Source: Bacteroidia bacterium (GTDB lineage Bacteria; Bacteroidota; Bacteroidia; Bacteroidales; UBA7960). From it: a DNA stretch of 64,000 nt. The stretch covers positions 6 to 64,005 of the forward strand of contig REEA01000064.1 of assembly GCA_007695305.1 (NCBI GenBank), read 5' to 3'. A program made the translations under genes and the position numbers. Position 1 is the stretch's first letter. Each line of letters begins with the position of its first letter. Positions 1 to 9,682 of this stretch are shown here, in pieces. A model generated the notes under the pieces. That model saw only the letters and a list, made by a program, of their open reading frames with translations, was not told where the DNA came from and did no database searches.

Positions 1-505
1 TTCGAAAACATCAACCTGCCCTTTAATGCGTTGCGGTTACCTTCAGTAATCCGGTATTGTTATTTGCTGTTCTTCAAACATACGTATTTTTTAAAAAGAA
101 AAAAGCACTTGCCAGATTTTTTTACCTAAAAAGATACTTCATCCTTTTAGATAACCGATAAAAAAAAACAGCCCATTACGTCAAAATAAAAAGATCGAAG
201 CTGAACTCCTTGCACTGCTTAAAGAGTAGTGCGGGGTGAATGGCCATACAGAGATGAGAGAAGGATTTTTGCAGTCAGAAATACAGATGCAGCAGGAAAA
301 AATATATGAGGTCATTCCGGTGGTGGCCGGAAAGCTTGCGATTGCAGGAGAGAAGAAAAAGAAAGGTATTGACAGAAAAAAAAGATGTGGTGAATCTTAT
401 GGTGGAAACGCTATTTGATTAACTTTACATAATGATTACACAGCCATCCATAATCAACTGATGATTATGACGTATTAATTTCTGTGGTGAATAAAACAAG
501 AAAAT

Positions 506-1879
506 ATGGAAGGTCTCACCGGTGTATTTTTCAGTTTGTGTATTTTATTGCTCTTTCTGCTGGCAGGAAAAATCCTTCGGGCCAAAGTAGCATTATTCCA
601 GCGGATATTCTTACCTGCCTCCATTATCGGCGGCTTCCTGGCTTTGCTGTTTGGTCCTTATCTTATAGACGTACTTCCCGATTTTTTGTATGACACCTGG
701 TCGCAAATTCCCGGATTGCTGATCAACATTGTTTTCGCCACCCTTTTCCTGGGTGTGATGATCCCGGGGATAAAAACCATGTGGGCACAGGGTGGCAGCC
801 AGTTGTGTTTCGGGATGGTGGTGGGAAGCGGTCAATACCTGGTGGCCATGCTCATCACCGTTTTGCTGCTCATGCCGCTATTTGATGTACCCCCCATATT
901 TGGAACCATCCTGGAGATTGGCTTTGCCGGCGGACATGGCACCGCAGCAGGCATGCAGCAGGTATTTACCGAACTGGGCTTCCCTGCAGGCTCGGCCCTG
1001 GCACAAATGTCGGCTACGGTGGGTATTATTACTGCTGTGGTTGGGGGTGTTTTTTATATCAATGTGGCGATCAGAAAAGGATATTGTGTAAACCTTGATG
1101 AGACCAAAGGAATCCCGAACTATAAAAAGGTAGGTCTGATACCTGAGCGTTACCGTTTCTCCTCTTCACGGGCTACTGTGGCCTCCGAATCGATCGAGCC
1201 CCTTGCCTTTCATTTTGCCATCGTTGCACTGGCTATTCTCATTGGCTGGATACTCCTGGCCGGTGTGCGGCAATTGCACCCGATGCTGGGCGGTTTCCCG
1301 CTATTCCCCTTGGCCATGATGGGAGGCATGATCGTACAGGCGATCTCGACACCTCTGAAAGTCAGTCAGTACTACGACAGGCTCACCTTTGAACGGATCC
1401 TGGGGTTTTCGCTGGATGTCCTGGTGGTGGCAGCCATCGCTTCCATAAGGCTTGATCTTTTCATAGAAAACTTATGGCCCTTCCTGATCCTGATGGCCGC
1501 AGGTATCGCATGGCTGTTCTTTTCACTCATTTTCCTTGCCCCGCGCATGTTTCCCTACAACTGGCTTGAAAGGGGTGTTACGGAGTATGGCATGCAAAGT
1601 GGCGTAACTGCCATGGGACTGTTGCTGCTTCGACTGGTTGACCCACACTACAAAACCGATACCGCGCAGGCTTTCGGGTTCAAACAAATGCTGTACGAAC
1701 CTTTCCTTGGCGGCGGTTTCATCACAGCCACCGCTCCCTTTATCGTGATAGGCCTGGGTGTGTGGCCGGCAATCTGGGCATCCGCGGCTGTGATCCTGCT
1801 GTTTATGCTGATTTCCTATTTCAGCGGATGGACCCGGCAAAATCCCACTAAAAAAGTAGGGAGGGTAACAAGGACATAA
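506..1879 (+). CDS. gltS: sodium/glutamate symporter (GltS/ESS family)
   Basis: 457-aa polytopic membrane protein with 'FLPASIIGG' and 'GFAGGHGTAA' GltS-family motifs. Confidence 0.85.
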   Translation: MEGLTGVFFSLCILLLFLLAGKILRAKVALFQRIFLPASIIGGFLALLFGPYLIDVLPDFLYDTWSQIPGLLINIVFATLFLGVMIPGIKTMWAQGGSQLCFGMVVGSGQYLVAMLITVLLLMPLFDVPPIFGTILEIGFAGGHGTAAGMQQVFTELGFPAGSALAQMSATVGIITAVVGGVFYINVAIRKGYCVNLDETKGIPNYKKVGLIPERYRFSSSRATVASESIEPLAFHFAIVALAILIGWILLAGVRQLHPMLGGFPLFPLAMMGGMIVQAISTPLKVSQYYDRLTFERILGFSLDVLVVAAIASIRLDLFIENLWPFLILMAAGIAWLFFSLIFLAPRMFPYNWLERGVTEYGMQSGVTAMGLLLLRLVDPHYKTDTAQAFGFKQMLYEPFLGGGFITATAPFIVIGLGVWPAIWASAAVILLFMLISYFSGWTRQNPTKKVGRVTRT

Positions 1880-2439
1880 GGGTCACACCATGCAACAAGT
1901 ATCAGCACCAGACATCATCGGGCCCTCCAAGCCAGAGGCGTGCAGCTGTGGACACAGGTTTACAAATGAGTCTACGGTGTCGGCCGAAAAGCGACAGGTG
2001 TTTGATCTGCTTCAGTTTAACGAGCCAACCATTACTCCTGCCAGCGAGAAATGTTACGAAAAGCTTCAAAAGAGCGAAAACATAATCAAGTCTGAAATCC
2101 TTTCCAGTAAAGTAGCCTATGCTGATGAAACAGGTGCTCGGGGTAGAAGATAAATAGCATTGGTCGCATGCCGCTGTCATGATTTTATATACTCACCTGT
2201 TTGTTTACAAAAAACGATGAGCGGACGCAATACAGAGCAATGAATCCTTGCTGAAGGATTACGTTGGCTGGCTTGTCCATGAATGTTGTGCCAGCTATTT
2301 TAAGCTGCATAATCTGAAACATGCCATTTGTGGCGTCCACATTTTGAGGGAGCTCCAGGCTTTAGCGGATAGTGGGGACAAACAATCTTGCAGAAAGAGA
2401 TGTAAGACCTTCAACTGTTTCAGGCTAATAAAACTTTAA
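1851..2439 (+). pseudogene. degenerate IS66-family transposase remnant
   Basis: Fragments 'GG*QGHKGHTMQQV', 'PEACSCG...EKRQVFDL', 'YADETG', 'HWSH...LYTHLFVYKKR*' and 'GWLVHECCASY...HAICGVHILREL' match IS66 TnpC motifs; in-frame stops, a frameshift and an internal deletion. Confidence 0.8.
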
Positions 2440-2484
2440 TGTTATTCTAACCGGTTTCTAATAGCCGCCAGTTACTAATCGGCT

Positions 2485-2492
2485 TATTTTTG
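2485..2492 (+). promoter_or_regulatory. Bacteroidota sigma-A -7 element (TATTTTTG) upstream of the TonB-dependent receptor
   Basis: Matches TAnnTTTG about 68 nt before the ATG. Confidence 0.45.
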
Positions 2493-2559
2493 CCACCGTT
2501 TTTAAAAGTGGAATCAAAAAAATCAAACTCATTTTAATAATCCTAAAAAAAATACAGTT

Positions 2560-4926
2560 ATGAAATTTACAATGAAAACGATTTTGAAAGCGAGCGGTTT
2601 TAAAACAAGCCTAGAAAGTGCGTGCTTCATCGCGTCAGTTTTAATAATGTCTCTACAATCCATTGCTTCTCAAAATGATCAGACCCTATACGAAATAAGA
2701 GGAATGGTCATTGATGCGGGCAATGAACGTGATCCGATACCGGGAACCACCGTTTTTATTTCTGAGCTGGGATTGGGAGCAGCTGCCGATGCTGACGGTG
2801 TGTTTAAACTCTCCGGATTGCCACGTGGCCGTTATGAAGTGCGCATTAGTTCGGTTGGTTATGCCACACAAAACATCCAGGTTACCGTTCCTGCAAGGGA
2901 AGAATTTATGCGCATTTTTTTACAATCCTCATTTGTTGATATGGATGAGGTTGTCATTACTGCGTCACCGAATCGCAGTTCCGCCAATTACATGTCATCA
3001 CAAACATTCAACACCATGGAACTCATCAGGAGGTCATCCGTGTCATTGGGTGAGATGCTGGACGGAGAGCCCGGTCTGGCATCAAGGTCATTTGGTGGTG
3101 GTCCGGCTCGTCCGGTTATACGAGGTTTCGATGGTGAGAGGCTTGTTGTGTTGGAGAATGGTGAGCGGATGGGCGACATCCAGTCAACGGCGCCTGACCA
3201 CGCCGTAACACTCGATCCGTTGGGCATGAGCAGGGTTGAGGTGGTCAGAGGTCCTGCCAGCTTGCTTTATGGCTCAAGTGCCCTGGGTGGTGTCATCAAC
3301 CTGTTCACAGAAGATGCTCCTTCAGATTGGGAACATGGTTTATCGGGAGGTGCCGCATTTCATGGTGCAACCAACAACAGCCTCTATACCAGCTCCGCAG
3401 GCTTTGTTCAGGGCGGCGAAAACCACGGCTTTGCTGCACGATTCATATACAGGACTGCAGGAGATTCTCAAACCCCCGAAGGCATCATGCCAAACACACA
3501 ACTCAACAGTTATACCGCTTCCCTTGGTTGGGGGTACCGCAACAACAACTTCAGAAGCTCTCTTTCAGCAAGGTATTATCAGAATCATTTTGGTGTGCCT
3601 GAATTTGCATCAATGACAGATCCTGATAATGAGGATATGTTTATCGAAGAAGAACCCGAAATGGAGATCCGCATAAACCGTTTGAATATGCAGGCACGTG
3701 CAAATCTTGAGCTTGACGGTTTTTTTGATGAGATTGAGGCAAGGGCCAGTTTTTCTCATTCTGTGCAGGAAGAGGGTGAGCAAGATGTTCCATACGAGCT
3801 GCTTGAGCTTGAAATAACGACCACCACGGTTAGTTCATCTGTTTTGTTCATGCACCGGGAGTTTTCTGTGTTCGACCGCGGTGTTATCGGAACCAACCTG
3901 CATCGCAGACTTCAGGAAGTGGATGGCCTGGAGGCATATCACCCGGGCGAAGACATCTATAACCTGGCATTGTTTACATTCCAGGAAATCCCGCTCAGCA
4001 GGTCGTTCAGGATGCAGTTTGGAGTTAGGTTGGAACACGAATGGCTATCATCGGTTTCCAACAGGTATTTCCTTCCGGAAGAAAGAACGGAGGACAGGAA
4101 CCTGAATGTAGTAGGTTCGATCGGTGTGAACTTCCGGTCCAACCAAAAATTTGAAAGTGGGTTACAGGTAGCTCGCGCACATCGCAACCCAACAATACTG
4201 GAGCGCTATGCCGACGGATGGCATGCCGGTGCAACACGTGTTGAATTGGGAGATCCCACATTGAAGAGCGAATATGGCTATGGGATTGACCTGTTCACAA
4301 GATATACAACTTCTTTGTGGCATCTGGAAATATCAGGTTTTTATAACCGAATCGATAATTATGTTGCTTTGCTAACCCTCGATCCTGTTGAAGCGGTAAA
4401 TATTCCATACCGTGTCAGACCCGACAGGGAGTTTCCTGCAACCGTTCAGTTTTTTGCAGCAGATGCCAGATTGTTTGGTTTTGAGCTTCGCAATTCTTTG
4501 CTTATCACTGAAAACCTTCGTGTTGAATTGGGTATGGATTTTGTGCAAGGCGATCGCAGGGATGCCGACAAGCCCCTGCCATTTATACCCCCTTTCCGCA
4601 CAACAGTGGGTACCATGTATAACTATAACAACTTCAATGTTGGTGGCAGTGTGAGAATGGTTTCCGCTCAAAACCGGGTGCCGGAAGATGAACTGCCAAC
4701 AGATGGATACACCCTTTTGCGGCTTGAGGCAGGATACCGTTTCCCATCCCTGTTTGGCGGTATGCACACCATCAACCTCCGGGTCGACAATGCCCTGGAT
4801 GCAACCTACACCGACCACCTGTCGGTAGTACGCAGGTATAAGGATCCTTTCCTTGGGCCCAGCGCCCCCACCCGACATGCCATGCCTGGCAGAAACATAA
4901 ACCTGGTTTACCGAATCTTGTTTTAG
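2560..4926 (+). CDS. TonB-dependent outer-membrane receptor (N-terminal carboxypeptidase-regulatory-like domain, plug, barrel; ZnuD-like)
   Basis: 'EVVITA' TonB-box-like segment, 'RPVIRG', 'DHAV', 'VEVVRGPASLLYGSSALGGVIN', C-terminal 'PGRNINLVYRILF'. Confidence 0.9.
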   Translation: MKFTMKTILKASGFKTSLESACFIASVLIMSLQSIASQNDQTLYEIRGMVIDAGNERDPIPGTTVFISELGLGAAADADGVFKLSGLPRGRYEVRISSVGYATQNIQVTVPAREEFMRIFLQSSFVDMDEVVITASPNRSSANYMSSQTFNTMELIRRSSVSLGEMLDGEPGLASRSFGGGPARPVIRGFDGERLVVLENGERMGDIQSTAPDHAVTLDPLGMSRVEVVRGPASLLYGSSALGGVINLFTEDAPSDWEHGLSGGAAFHGATNNSLYTSSAGFVQGGENHGFAARFIYRTAGDSQTPEGIMPNTQLNSYTASLGWGYRNNNFRSSLSARYYQNHFGVPEFASMTDPDNEDMFIEEEPEMEIRINRLNMQARANLELDGFFDEIEARASFSHSVQEEGEQDVPYELLELEITTTTVSSSVLFMHREFSVFDRGVIGTNLHRRLQEVDGLEAYHPGEDIYNLALFTFQEIPLSRSFRMQFGVRLEHEWLSSVSNRYFLPEERTEDRNLNVVGSIGVNFRSNQKFESGLQVARAHRNPTILERYADGWHAGATRVELGDPTLKSEYGYGIDLFTRYTTSLWHLEISGFYNRIDNYVALLTLDPVEAVNIPYRVRPDREFPATVQFFAADARLFGFELRNSLLITENLRVELGMDFVQGDRRDADKPLPFIPPFRTTVGTMYNYNNFNVGGSVRMVSAQNRVPEDELPTDGYTLLRLEAGYRFPSLFGGMHTINLRVDNALDATYTDHLSVVRRYKDPFLGPSAPTRHAMPGRNINLVYRILF

Positions 4927-4946
4927 GATTTCTGAATACAAAACAC

Positions 4947-4985
4947 ACCCGCTGCACTATGTTTTAAATGTGCAGCGGGTTTTTT
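4947..4985 (+). terminator. Rho-independent terminator
   Basis: 11-bp perfect stem ACCCGCTGCAC/GTGCAGCGGGT followed by a T-run, 20 nt after the receptor stop. Confidence 0.8.
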
Positions 4986-5310
4986 ATTATTATATGACCT
5001 TTGTGGCTATTTGCAATGGTTTACTTTTCAATTTATCGTTATTGCATTCGACTTTCTAAATTTGGCAATGGTGAAATAAATGATTCTTTCTTGCATTAAT
5101 GAATAATCTCGCCGGTTTAATGGACAGGGCCTGACCTGTCCTTATTTTACGGCGGTTTAGTGGTAAACAAGGCCATCCTGTTTTTTCCTTTCTTCTTGAT
5201 TAAAAGGAAAAATGTTTTGAGCGGCTAAAGAATCCAACCTAAGAACAAATCATGCAAATTATTACCACTCGGTTTTAAAAATGGATGTCCCGTCCGGAAA
5301 ACACAACGAC

Positions 5311-8184
5311 CTACTGATGGCCCTTTATCCGCTGAACCGTTCTCATAACAACCCCTTTGGCAGTGTAAACCTGCATAATATAAAGCCCATCACGAAGGTT
5401 TTGTATGTTGACTTCAGCTTGTAATGCATCCACGGCCATATATTTTACCATCTGACCGCTGAGGTTAACCATACGGATTTTATCGATCATCTCATTTGAA
5501 GAAACGGTTAACACATCATAGGCAGGATTGGGATATACCAGCAGGTCAACACCCGGGATTTCTGTTACCTGCTCTGGAAACTGAAACGTGGCTACCAGCG
5601 TAACATCATGGGGTGGCATGGTGAATAAAAAACTGGGTTCTTCACTGATCACAACCCCATCAGCATCCGTCCAGTCAATAAAATCCCATCCTTCGGCAGC
5701 TTCTGCCGCAACCGTTACCCCGGCATCCTGGAGGTACTCTCCACCCCCAATAACAGAGCCACCGTCAACCGGATTTGCCTCCAGGGTGAGCGTATAATAG
5801 ATTGGCTCAAAATTGGCCGTAAGTGTAACATCTTCTGCCGGCATACTGATCGTTGTCTCGGCAGCAGCGGGATCATCCACATGTTCAACATCGCCTGTCC
5901 AATGGATAAATGACCATCCCTCTTCCGGTATTGCTGTAATGTTTACTTCCTGTCCCTCGCTATAGCTGCCATCCCCTGTAACAGTACCACCCTCTTCCGG
6001 GTTAACGAGCAATGTAAGGTTGTAAGAGGTCACAAAACCACCCTGGAATACAGAAACAAAGACGTCGTATCCGCCATTGTGTGTTTCGCTATATGCACCT
6101 TCTGTTGTCGGAAAATCAGCGGAAAATGTCCACCCTGTCAGATAAATATCTCCTGCCTCATCAAACAGAATCTTTGTGGCTTCTTCAAAAGAACTTCCGC
6201 CAAGAAAAGTGGAATAGGCAAGCTCACTTAAATCGGGTGTAAACACACTGATAATCACTTGTCTTGATCCACTGAAGGTTTCATTAAAGGCACCCGGCGT
6301 TACGGGATAATTGCTGGAAGAGGTAAATCCGGCAATATACACGTATCCATTGCTCGCAAGAGCAATATCATTGGCGTAATCCCAGGTATTGCCACCAATG
6401 TATGTGGCATACAACAGATCACTCAGCTCAGGGTTAAAGATGCAGATAAACGCGTCTCTGTAGGCACTGAAAGATGTACTGTACGCACCGGGAGTTGCCG
6501 GAAAGTTGGCGGATCTGGTCATTCCTGAAATATAAACATTGTTTTCGTTGTCAAGGGTAATGCTAAGTCCATAGTCTTCATCGTTTCCACCGATAAAAGT
6601 GGAGTACAGGAGCTCGCTCAGGTCATGGCTCAAAATACTGACAAAGCCATCCCAGCTGCCCCCGTTGTGCGTTTCATTGTAAGCCCCCGGGGTAACAGGG
6701 AAGTTGTTTGACCATGTTTCACCGGTGATGTAAACATTTCCGTCGGGATCAAAAGCAATGCTGCGCCCGCTTTCCCACATGGGAGACCCGCCGAGATAAG
6801 TGGAATATACCAATTGACTGAGGTCCGGATTCAAAACGCTCACAATCACTGACCCGATGCCACTGTGGGTTGGCTGGAATGCGCCGGCAGTTGTTGGATA
6901 GTTGATCGAACCGGAATAACCGACAATATATATGTTTCCATCAGGATGCACGGCAATATCATAGCCAACGTCTGAAGCAGTTCCGCCAATAAAGGTTGAA
7001 TACAAAAGCTGGCTCAGATCCGGGCTTAGGGCACTGACAAAGGCATCACCCGATCCATTGTGCACGGTATCAAATGCCCCCGGAGTGGTTGGAAAAAATT
7101 CCGAACCAGTTTGCCCGGTTATATACACAATGTCATTTTCATCCAATGCCAGCCCAAACACAATTTCTTCTTCCTCTGCTCCAAGAAAGCTGGAATAAAG
7201 CAGCTCACTTAAGTCGGGACTTAGCACGCTCACAAAGATATCACGCTTATTGTTGAAGGTCTCATCATACGCCCCGGGAGTGGTCGGAAAGACAGGAGAG
7301 TTTGTCTGGCCCGCCACATATACATTACCTTGCGAGTCCAGTGCCATAGAATATGCCTGATCTGTTATGTTACCCCCCAAAAATGTGGAATAGATCAATG
7401 GGTCGATAATCAGTGGGCGGGTTGCATCTTCCAACTGGATATGAAAGCCCACTTCACCCCTTTCATTCAGTTGAAAACTTCCCGGAACCTCTCTTTTTTC
7501 GCCGTTTATTTCCTGGTAAGCCAGTAATCCTTTATGGCGAATTTCTCCCAGGCTGGTCATAATGATCAGTTCGTCGTCATTCTTTACCAGCACTTCATCC
7601 GCCCCTTCAATAATAAAGGCAATATCATCCGCCCGTGCCCCCGGATGCACAATGAAGTCATACCTGAGGCCTTCGGGCTCATAATAGTAACGGACATCTA
7701 TGCCGGCATCCTTACCAAAAGCACCTTCCAGAATGATTTCATCAAACAAGGGAACATGTTGTGCCCAATTGGTGGGATCGCTTCCCAGAAAATAGTTATA
7801 ACGGGTGGTTTGCGGCTGATGGGTGCGAAATACCGGTTGCGATTCTGAAGATGTAACAAAGGTCATCATCAGCACATGGCCCGTGCGACGAACAGTTTCC
7901 CGCTCACCGGGTTTTTCACCGGGCATCAGAAGCGACCTTTGTCCGTTATCGGCGGTCATCCGGAAAAAATCAAAAACAACACCACGATCGGTAAACCAGG
8001 CATTCATGTTGCCGTTCTGCGTAAAATACCTTACCTCTTCATCCCACTGGCCCTGGTTGGAAACAAAAGATGCTTTCCGGTTAAGCGTGGTTTCTATCCT
8101 TTCCATTGATCCGGGCAGGTTGCCGGAATACAATGGTTGCAGAAAGGCAATAAGCAAAAAAAACAGTGAAATACGTAAGCTCAT
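5311..8184 (-). CDS. T9SS-secreted surface protein with SBBP beta-propeller repeats, two InlB B-repeat-like domains and a type A CTD
   Basis: Signal peptide; 'FVSNQGQW' N-domain; seven 'YST(F/Y)(L/I)GG'-type repeats with 'PTTPGA' linkers; two 'GG(T/S)V.G.G.Y...W.F..WT' repeats; 'VYPNPA...NLSGQ...GLYI' CTD. Confidence 0.85.
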   Translation of the reverse strand: MSLRISLFFLLIAFLQPLYSGNLPGSMERIETTLNRKASFVSNQGQWDEEVRYFTQNGNMNAWFTDRGVVFDFFRMTADNGQRSLLMPGEKPGERETVRRTGHVLMMTFVTSSESQPVFRTHQPQTTRYNYFLGSDPTNWAQHVPLFDEIILEGAFGKDAGIDVRYYYEPEGLRYDFIVHPGARADDIAFIIEGADEVLVKNDDELIIMTSLGEIRHKGLLAYQEINGEKREVPGSFQLNERGEVGFHIQLEDATRPLIIDPLIYSTFLGGNITDQAYSMALDSQGNVYVAGQTNSPVFPTTPGAYDETFNNKRDIFVSVLSPDLSELLYSSFLGAEEEEIVFGLALDENDIVYITGQTGSEFFPTTPGAFDTVHNGSGDAFVSALSPDLSQLLYSTFIGGTASDVGYDIAVHPDGNIYIVGYSGSINYPTTAGAFQPTHSGIGSVIVSVLNPDLSQLVYSTYLGGSPMWESGRSIAFDPDGNVYITGETWSNNFPVTPGAYNETHNGGSWDGFVSILSHDLSELLYSTFIGGNDEDYGLSITLDNENNVYISGMTRSANFPATPGAYSTSFSAYRDAFICIFNPELSDLLYATYIGGNTWDYANDIALASNGYVYIAGFTSSSNYPVTPGAFNETFSGSRQVIISVFTPDLSELAYSTFLGGSSFEEATKILFDEAGDIYLTGWTFSADFPTTEGAYSETHNGGYDVFVSVFQGGFVTSYNLTLLVNPEEGGTVTGDGSYSEGQEVNITAIPEEGWSFIHWTGDVEHVDDPAAAETTISMPAEDVTLTANFEPIYYTLTLEANPVDGGSVIGGGEYLQDAGVTVAAEAAEGWDFIDWTDADGVVISEEPSFLFTMPPHDVTLVATFQFPEQVTEIPGVDLLVYPNPAYDVLTVSSNEMIDKIRMVNLSGQMVKYMAVDALQAEVNIQNLRDGLYIMQVYTAKGVVMRTVQRIKGHQ

Positions 8185-8367
8185 AATATGTTTTTTTGGT
8201 TGCTAAGAAGCAGGTTATTGATTATGAACAATACAATAGTATTGTTTCATGGGTGTTCATGTCTCCTGCGGGTACACAAAAACCTTCTTCCTAAAGATAC
8301 AAAAAAAACAGCAATTTCTTATAAGGTGAAGGCCTGAAATGAACCACAACTCATTATTTCACCTGAA

Positions 8368-9390
8368 CTATTTACCAAGTATAAGATCAATAGCCGTCTC
8401 GAGTATCTCATCACGGCTAAGGTCATTTTCATTTCCGGGCTCAGGGATTTCAGCAACAATATGTGGAGGTACACCCGGCTCTATGCTCTCCCCTTCGGGA
8501 TTCAGGAAGCGTGTGCTCGAAACCCGGAGCCGCCAGCCGTTTGCCAGATCACGAAATGCAGGCAATCCACCGCCCCCGCCGGTAGTATCCCCCACCAGGG
8601 TCACATTCTCCAGGTTACGCATGTATTGAGCGAAATAAGTGGTGGCACTGTAGCTTTTGCGGTTGGTGAGCACTATAACAGGCCCCTGATAACGAATGCC
8701 ATCATGGGGCTCCAGGTACACCCTCTCTGAGCGAAAATCATCATGCCCGGGGCCGTTTTTGATGTAATTGGTTCCCACAAACACCCTTTCCTCCGTAAAC
8801 CGCGACGCAATATTCCTGGCATTGGTGGGACTGCCTCCACCATTGTGACGTACATCAATGATTAAACCCGGGGAGTTACCCAAACTGTTGATGATCAAAT
8901 TTAAATTTCCCTCACTCACAGGATTGGCAAAGCTGCTGTAATAGACGTAACCGATATTGTTTTTAAGGAAAACAAATTGCAAAGGCCCCACATACCTTTG
9001 ATTTCCCTTGAAATAATGACGCTCTATTACAGAATAATAAAAATTCTCAGGCCTGTCCAGGTACCACTCCCAATAGCGCGACCGGTCGAAAGAACTCAGC
9101 AGGTTCACATGTCCGTCGCGCAGGTGATACAACATGCCGGCACACACATCAAATAGCTCAATAGAGCCCATCTCATCCCTGATCAGAGGCCTGTATGCAT
9201 CATAAACAGCATCCCAGTCAATCCCTTTCTCTTCAAAAAATGAATAATTGCGATCCGTAAACGTCCAAACCTCCTCAAATATACTCACCGGATCTTTCTT
9301 TGCATCCGGATCCATAAATACTTTTTCACAGGATATCAACAAAACCATCAACCCCCCCAAAAACCAAATTATTTTTTTATTTGTTCTCAT
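8368..9390 (-). CDS. S41 family peptidase, lipoprotein
   Basis: Lipobox 'LISC'; 'HLRDGHV', 'IIDVRHNGGG', 'SYSATTYF', 'VGDTTGGGGG'. Confidence 0.9.
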   Translation of the reverse strand: MRTNKKIIWFLGGLMVLLISCEKVFMDPDAKKDPVSIFEEVWTFTDRNYSFFEEKGIDWDAVYDAYRPLIRDEMGSIELFDVCAGMLYHLRDGHVNLLSSFDRSRYWEWYLDRPENFYYSVIERHYFKGNQRYVGPLQFVFLKNNIGYVYYSSFANPVSEGNLNLIINSLGNSPGLIIDVRHNGGGSPTNARNIASRFTEERVFVGTNYIKNGPGHDDFRSERVYLEPHDGIRYQGPVIVLTNRKSYSATTYFAQYMRNLENVTLVGDTTGGGGGLPAFRDLANGWRLRVSSTRFLNPEGESIEPGVPPHIVAEIPEPGNENDLSRDEILETAIDLILGK

Positions 9391-9404
9391 GCGTATATGT
9401 TTTG

Positions 9405-9682
9405 TAAAAACGTTTAAATGTTGAATGTCAAAAGATCGAAATGTCTAAATGTCAAAATTTCTATTCTTTGCGGTTTTTGCGTGAAAAATTTTGCGGCCTC
9501 TGCGAGGAAAAAAGACCAATAGCAAATTGCGTTTGATATTTCACCGCAAAGACGCGAAGCACGCAAAGTTTTTATCTTCTTACTTTCTACTTTCTCTAAA
9601 GTCTCTAAAGTCCCTATGTCACTCATCACTCAGTTCCCAGTTCTCAGCTCCCAGCTCTCATCCCCCAGCTCCCAGCACTCAG
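9405..9682. repeat. composite short-tandem-repeat cassette (octamer, nonamer and heptamer blocks)
   Basis: AAATGTCN octamers ~9416-9457; CTTTGCG/CGCAAAG blocks 9466-9504 and 9545-9568 in inverted orientation; TCTCTAAAG x2; nine pyrimidine-rich heptamers (e.g. CTCCCAG) 9620-9682. Confidence 0.85.

Noticed and set aside
1-130. Possible partial gene at the window start
   Set aside because: No frame gives a recognisable protein
208-236. 12-bp hairpin with G-U pairs upstream of gltS, considered as a glycine or glutamine riboswitch
   Set aside because: No riboswitch consensus elements; a single short stem is insufficient
236-418. 60-aa ORF and a TTGACA at 369-374
   Set aside because: Low-complexity ORF with no motifs; no matching -10 at 17-18 bp
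6060-7400. DNA-level repetition within the SBBP gene as a diversity-generating template
   Set aside because: Explained by protein repeats; no reverse transcriptase and no adenine-specific variant pair seen
9405-9682. Repeat tracts as CRISPR arrays
   Set aside because: Units are 7-9 bp with no unique spacers and no cas genes
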